From assembly GCA_964016885.1 (NCBI GenBank), contig OZ024743.1, positions 269,886,001 through 269,950,000 of the forward strand: 64,000 nucleotides of DNA, in the 5' to 3' direction. This document shows, piece after piece, positions 61,671 through 64,000 of this stretch. This DNA is from Eledone cirrhosa (lineage: Eukaryota). A program made the position numbers and the translations under genes. How positions within the stretch are numbered: the stretch's first letter is position 1; each line of letters begins with the position of its first letter. Below the pieces are notes generated by a model that was given only the letters and a program-made list of their open reading frames with translations, had not been told where the DNA came from and did no database searches.

Positions 61671-64000
61671 GATGTTAGTGGTGTTGGTAGTAGTGTTTGA
61701 GGTGGTGTTGATGTTAGCGGTGTTGGTAGTAGTGTTTGAGGTGGTGTTGATGTTAGCGGTGTTGGTAGTAGTGTTTGAGGTGGTGTTGATGTTAGTGGTG
61801 TTGGTAGTAGTGTTTGAGGTGGTGTTGATGTTAGCGGTGTTGGTAGTAGTGTTTGAGGTGGTGTTGATGTTAGTGGTGTTGGTAGTAGTGTTTGAGGAGG
61901 TGTTGATTTTAGTGATGTTGGTAGTAGTGTTTGAGGTGGTGTTGATGTTAGTGGTGTTGGTAGTAGTGTTTGAGGTGGTGTTGATGTTAGCGGTGTTGGT
62001 AGTAGTGTTTGACGTGGTGTTGATGTTAGTGGTATTGGGGTAGTGTTTGGAGTGGTGTTGGTAGTAGTGTTTGAGGTGGTGTTGACGTTAGTGGTGTTGG
62101 TAGTAGTGTTTGAGGTGGTGTTGATGTTAGTGGTGTTGGTAGTAGTGTTTGAGGTGGTGTTGATGTTAGTGGAGTTGGGGGTAGTGTTTGAGGTGGTGTT
62201 GATGTTAGTGGTGTTGGTTGTAGTGTTTGAGGTGGTGTTGATGTTAGTGGTGTTGGTAGTAGTATTTGAGGTGGTGTTGACTTAGTGGTGTTGGTAGTAG
62301 TGTTTGAGGTGGTTTTGATGTTAGTGGTGTTGGTAGTAGTGTTTGAGGTGGTGTTGACGTTAGTGGTGTTGGTAGTAGTGTTTGAGGTGGTGTTGATGTT
62401 AGTGGTGTTGGTAGTAGTGTTTGAGGTGGTGTTGATGTTAGTGGAGTTGGGGGTATTGTTTGAGGTGGTGTTGGTTGTAGTGTTTGAGGTGGTGTTGATG
62501 TTAGTGGTGTTGGTAGTAGTGTTTGAGGTGGTGTTGATGTTAGTGGTGTTGGTAGTAGTGTTTGAGGTTGTGTTGATATTAGCGGTGTTGGTAGTAGTGT
62601 TTGAGGTGGTGTTGATATTAGCGGTGTTGGTAGTAGTGTTTGAGGTGGTGTTGATGTTAGTGGTGTTGGTAGTAGTATTTGAGGTGGTATTGATATTAGT
62701 GGTATTGGTAGTAGTGTTTGAGGTGGTGTTGATGTTAGAGGTGTTCGTAGTAGTGCTTGAGGTGGTGTTGATGTAAGTGGTGTTGGTAGTAGTGTTTGAG
62801 GTGGTGTTGATATTAGCGGTGTTGGTAGTAGTGTTTGAGGTGGTGTTGATGTTAGCGGTGTTGGTAGTAGTGTTTGAGGTGGTGTTGATGTTAGTGGTGT
62901 TGGTAGTAGTGTTTGAGGAGGTGTTGATGTTAGCGGTGTTGGTAGTAGTGTTTGAGGTGGTGTTGATGTTAGTGGTGTTGGTAGTAGTGTTTGAGGTGGT
63001 GTTGATGTTAGTGGTGTTGGTAGTAGTGTTTGAGGTGGTGTTGATGTTAGTGGTGTTGGTAGTAGTGTTTGAGGTGGTGTTGATGTTAGTGGTGTTGGTA
63101 GTAGTGTTTGAGGTGGTGTTGATGTTAGTGGTGTTGGTAGTAGTGTTTGAGGTGGTGTTGATGTTAGTGGTGTTGGTAGTAGTGTTTGAGGTGGTGTTGA
63201 TGTTAGTGGTGTTGGTAGTAGTGTTTGAGGTGGTGTTGATGTTAGTGGTGTTGGTAGTAGTGTTTGAGGTGGTGTTGATGTTAGTGGTGTTGGTAGCAGT
63301 GTTTGAGGTGGTGTTGATGTTAGTGGTGTTGGTAGTAGTGTTTGAGGTGGTGTTGATGTTAGTAGTGTTGGTAGTAGTGTTTGAGGTGGTGTTGATGTTA
63401 ATGGTGTTGGTAGTAGTGTTTGAGGTGGTGGTGATGTTAGTGGTGTTGGTAGTAGTGTTTGAGGTGGTGTTGATGTTAGTGGTGTTGGTAGTAGTGTTTG
63501 AGGTGGTGTTAATGTTAGTGGTGTTGGTAGTAGTGTTTGAGGTGGTGTTGATGTTAGCGGTGTTGGTAGTAGTGTTTGAGGTGGTGTTGATGTTAGTGGT
63601 GTTGGTAGTATTGTTTGAGGTGCTGTTGATGTTAGTGGTGTTGGTAGTAGTGTTTGAGGTGGTGTTGATGTTAGCGGTGTTGGCAGTAGTGTTTGGGGTG
63701 GTGTTGATGTTAGTGGTGTTGGCAGTAGTGTTTGGGGTGGTGTTGATGTTAGTGGTGTAGGTAGTAGTATTTGAGGTGGTGTTGATGTTAGTGGTGTTGG
63801 CGGTAGTGTTTGGGGTGGTGTTGATGTTAGTGGTGTTGGTAGTAGTGTTTGAGGTGGTGTTGATGTTAGTGGTGTTGGTAGTAGTGTTTGGGGTGGTGTT
63901 GATGTTAGTTGTATTGGGGTAGTGTTTGGAGTGGTGTTGATGTTAGTGGGGTTGGGGATAGTGTTTGAGGTGGTGTTGATGTTAGTGGTGTTGGTAGTAG

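Larger units (their letters stand above)
1..64000. repeat. 39-bp tandem satellite/minisatellite array, about 1,640 head-to-tail units, extending beyond both window edges
   Basis: The unit GTGGTGTTGATGTTAGTGGTGTTGGTAGTAGTGTTTGAG recurs throughout, usually with 0-3 substitutions per copy. The 13-residue period (VVLMLVVLVVVFE) is in every plus-strand ORF. No inversion or unique spacer was seen. Confidence 0.99.
50740..64000. repeat. Array domain 3: defined by GGTATTGGGGTAGTGTTTGGAGTG 38-bp units, TTGACGTTA and GGAGTTGGGGG variants
   Basis: The 38-bp GTATT(G/C)GGGTAG unit first appears at about 50740 and recurs to about 63920. ACG and GAG-TTG-GGG units are frequent here and rare or absent upstream. 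Confidence 0.8.

Noticed and set aside
1-63760. Plus-strand ORFs of 77-2395 aa, (VVLMLVVLVVVFE)n
   Set aside because: These are repeat artefacts. T occupies position 2 in 12 of 13 codons, which forces hydrophobic residues. Starts and stops simply follow variant units, and thousands of residues without loops are not a plausible protein.
1-64000. CRISPR array (repeat length is in a similar range)
   Set aside because: Units are directly adjacent with no unique spacers, no palindrome, no leader and no cas genes.
1-64000. Bisulfite-converted appearance (C nearly absent, many remaining C in CpG)
   Set aside because: Non-CpG cytosines recur (GATCTT, GTCTTG, GTGCTG, TTACTG, GTCTGA), and G is a very common following base anyway.
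1-64000. Chi site or Jeffreys minisatellite core similarity (GAGGTGG)
   Set aside because: No GCTGGTGG was seen, and a 7-nt match in a G/T-only sequence is not significant.
1-64000. Canonical telomerase-made telomere
   Set aside because: There are no tandem TTAGGG or TTGGGG runs. Variants are inherited in kb-scale duplicated blocks rather than being re-templated.
1-64000. Embedded transposon, inversion or RNA gene
   Set aside because: No C/A-rich inverted segment or non-repeat sequence was seen anywhere in the window.

Overview
The whole 64-kb window is one uninterrupted tandem array of a 39-bp unit (consensus GTGGTGTTGATGTTAGTGGTGTTGGTAGTAGTGTTTGAG; 17 G, 17 T, 5 A, 0 C), about 1,640 copies, all in one orientation and running off both edges. 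I see no unique sequence, RNA gene, mobile element, CRISPR array or recognisable gene. The Val/Leu-rich plus-strand ORFs are artefacts of the repeat. The minus strand has two consensus frames without stops, (TNINTTSNTTTNT)n and (PTPLTSTPPQTLL)n, both mucin-like. About 40 frameshifting indels and several stops argue that the array as assembled is a non-coding (probably eukaryotic) satellite, or at most a decayed or over-amplified mucin-type repeat exon. The real information is in the variant units. They show a 15+15+9 internal structure, nested higher-order duplications (349, 897, 2457, 2650, 3664, 4207 and 5572 bp), three domains with different variant sets, stepwise mutation series and possible CpG decay. 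I found no evidence for a novel multi-gene system. All counts and offsets were read by eye from marker variants and the ORF track.
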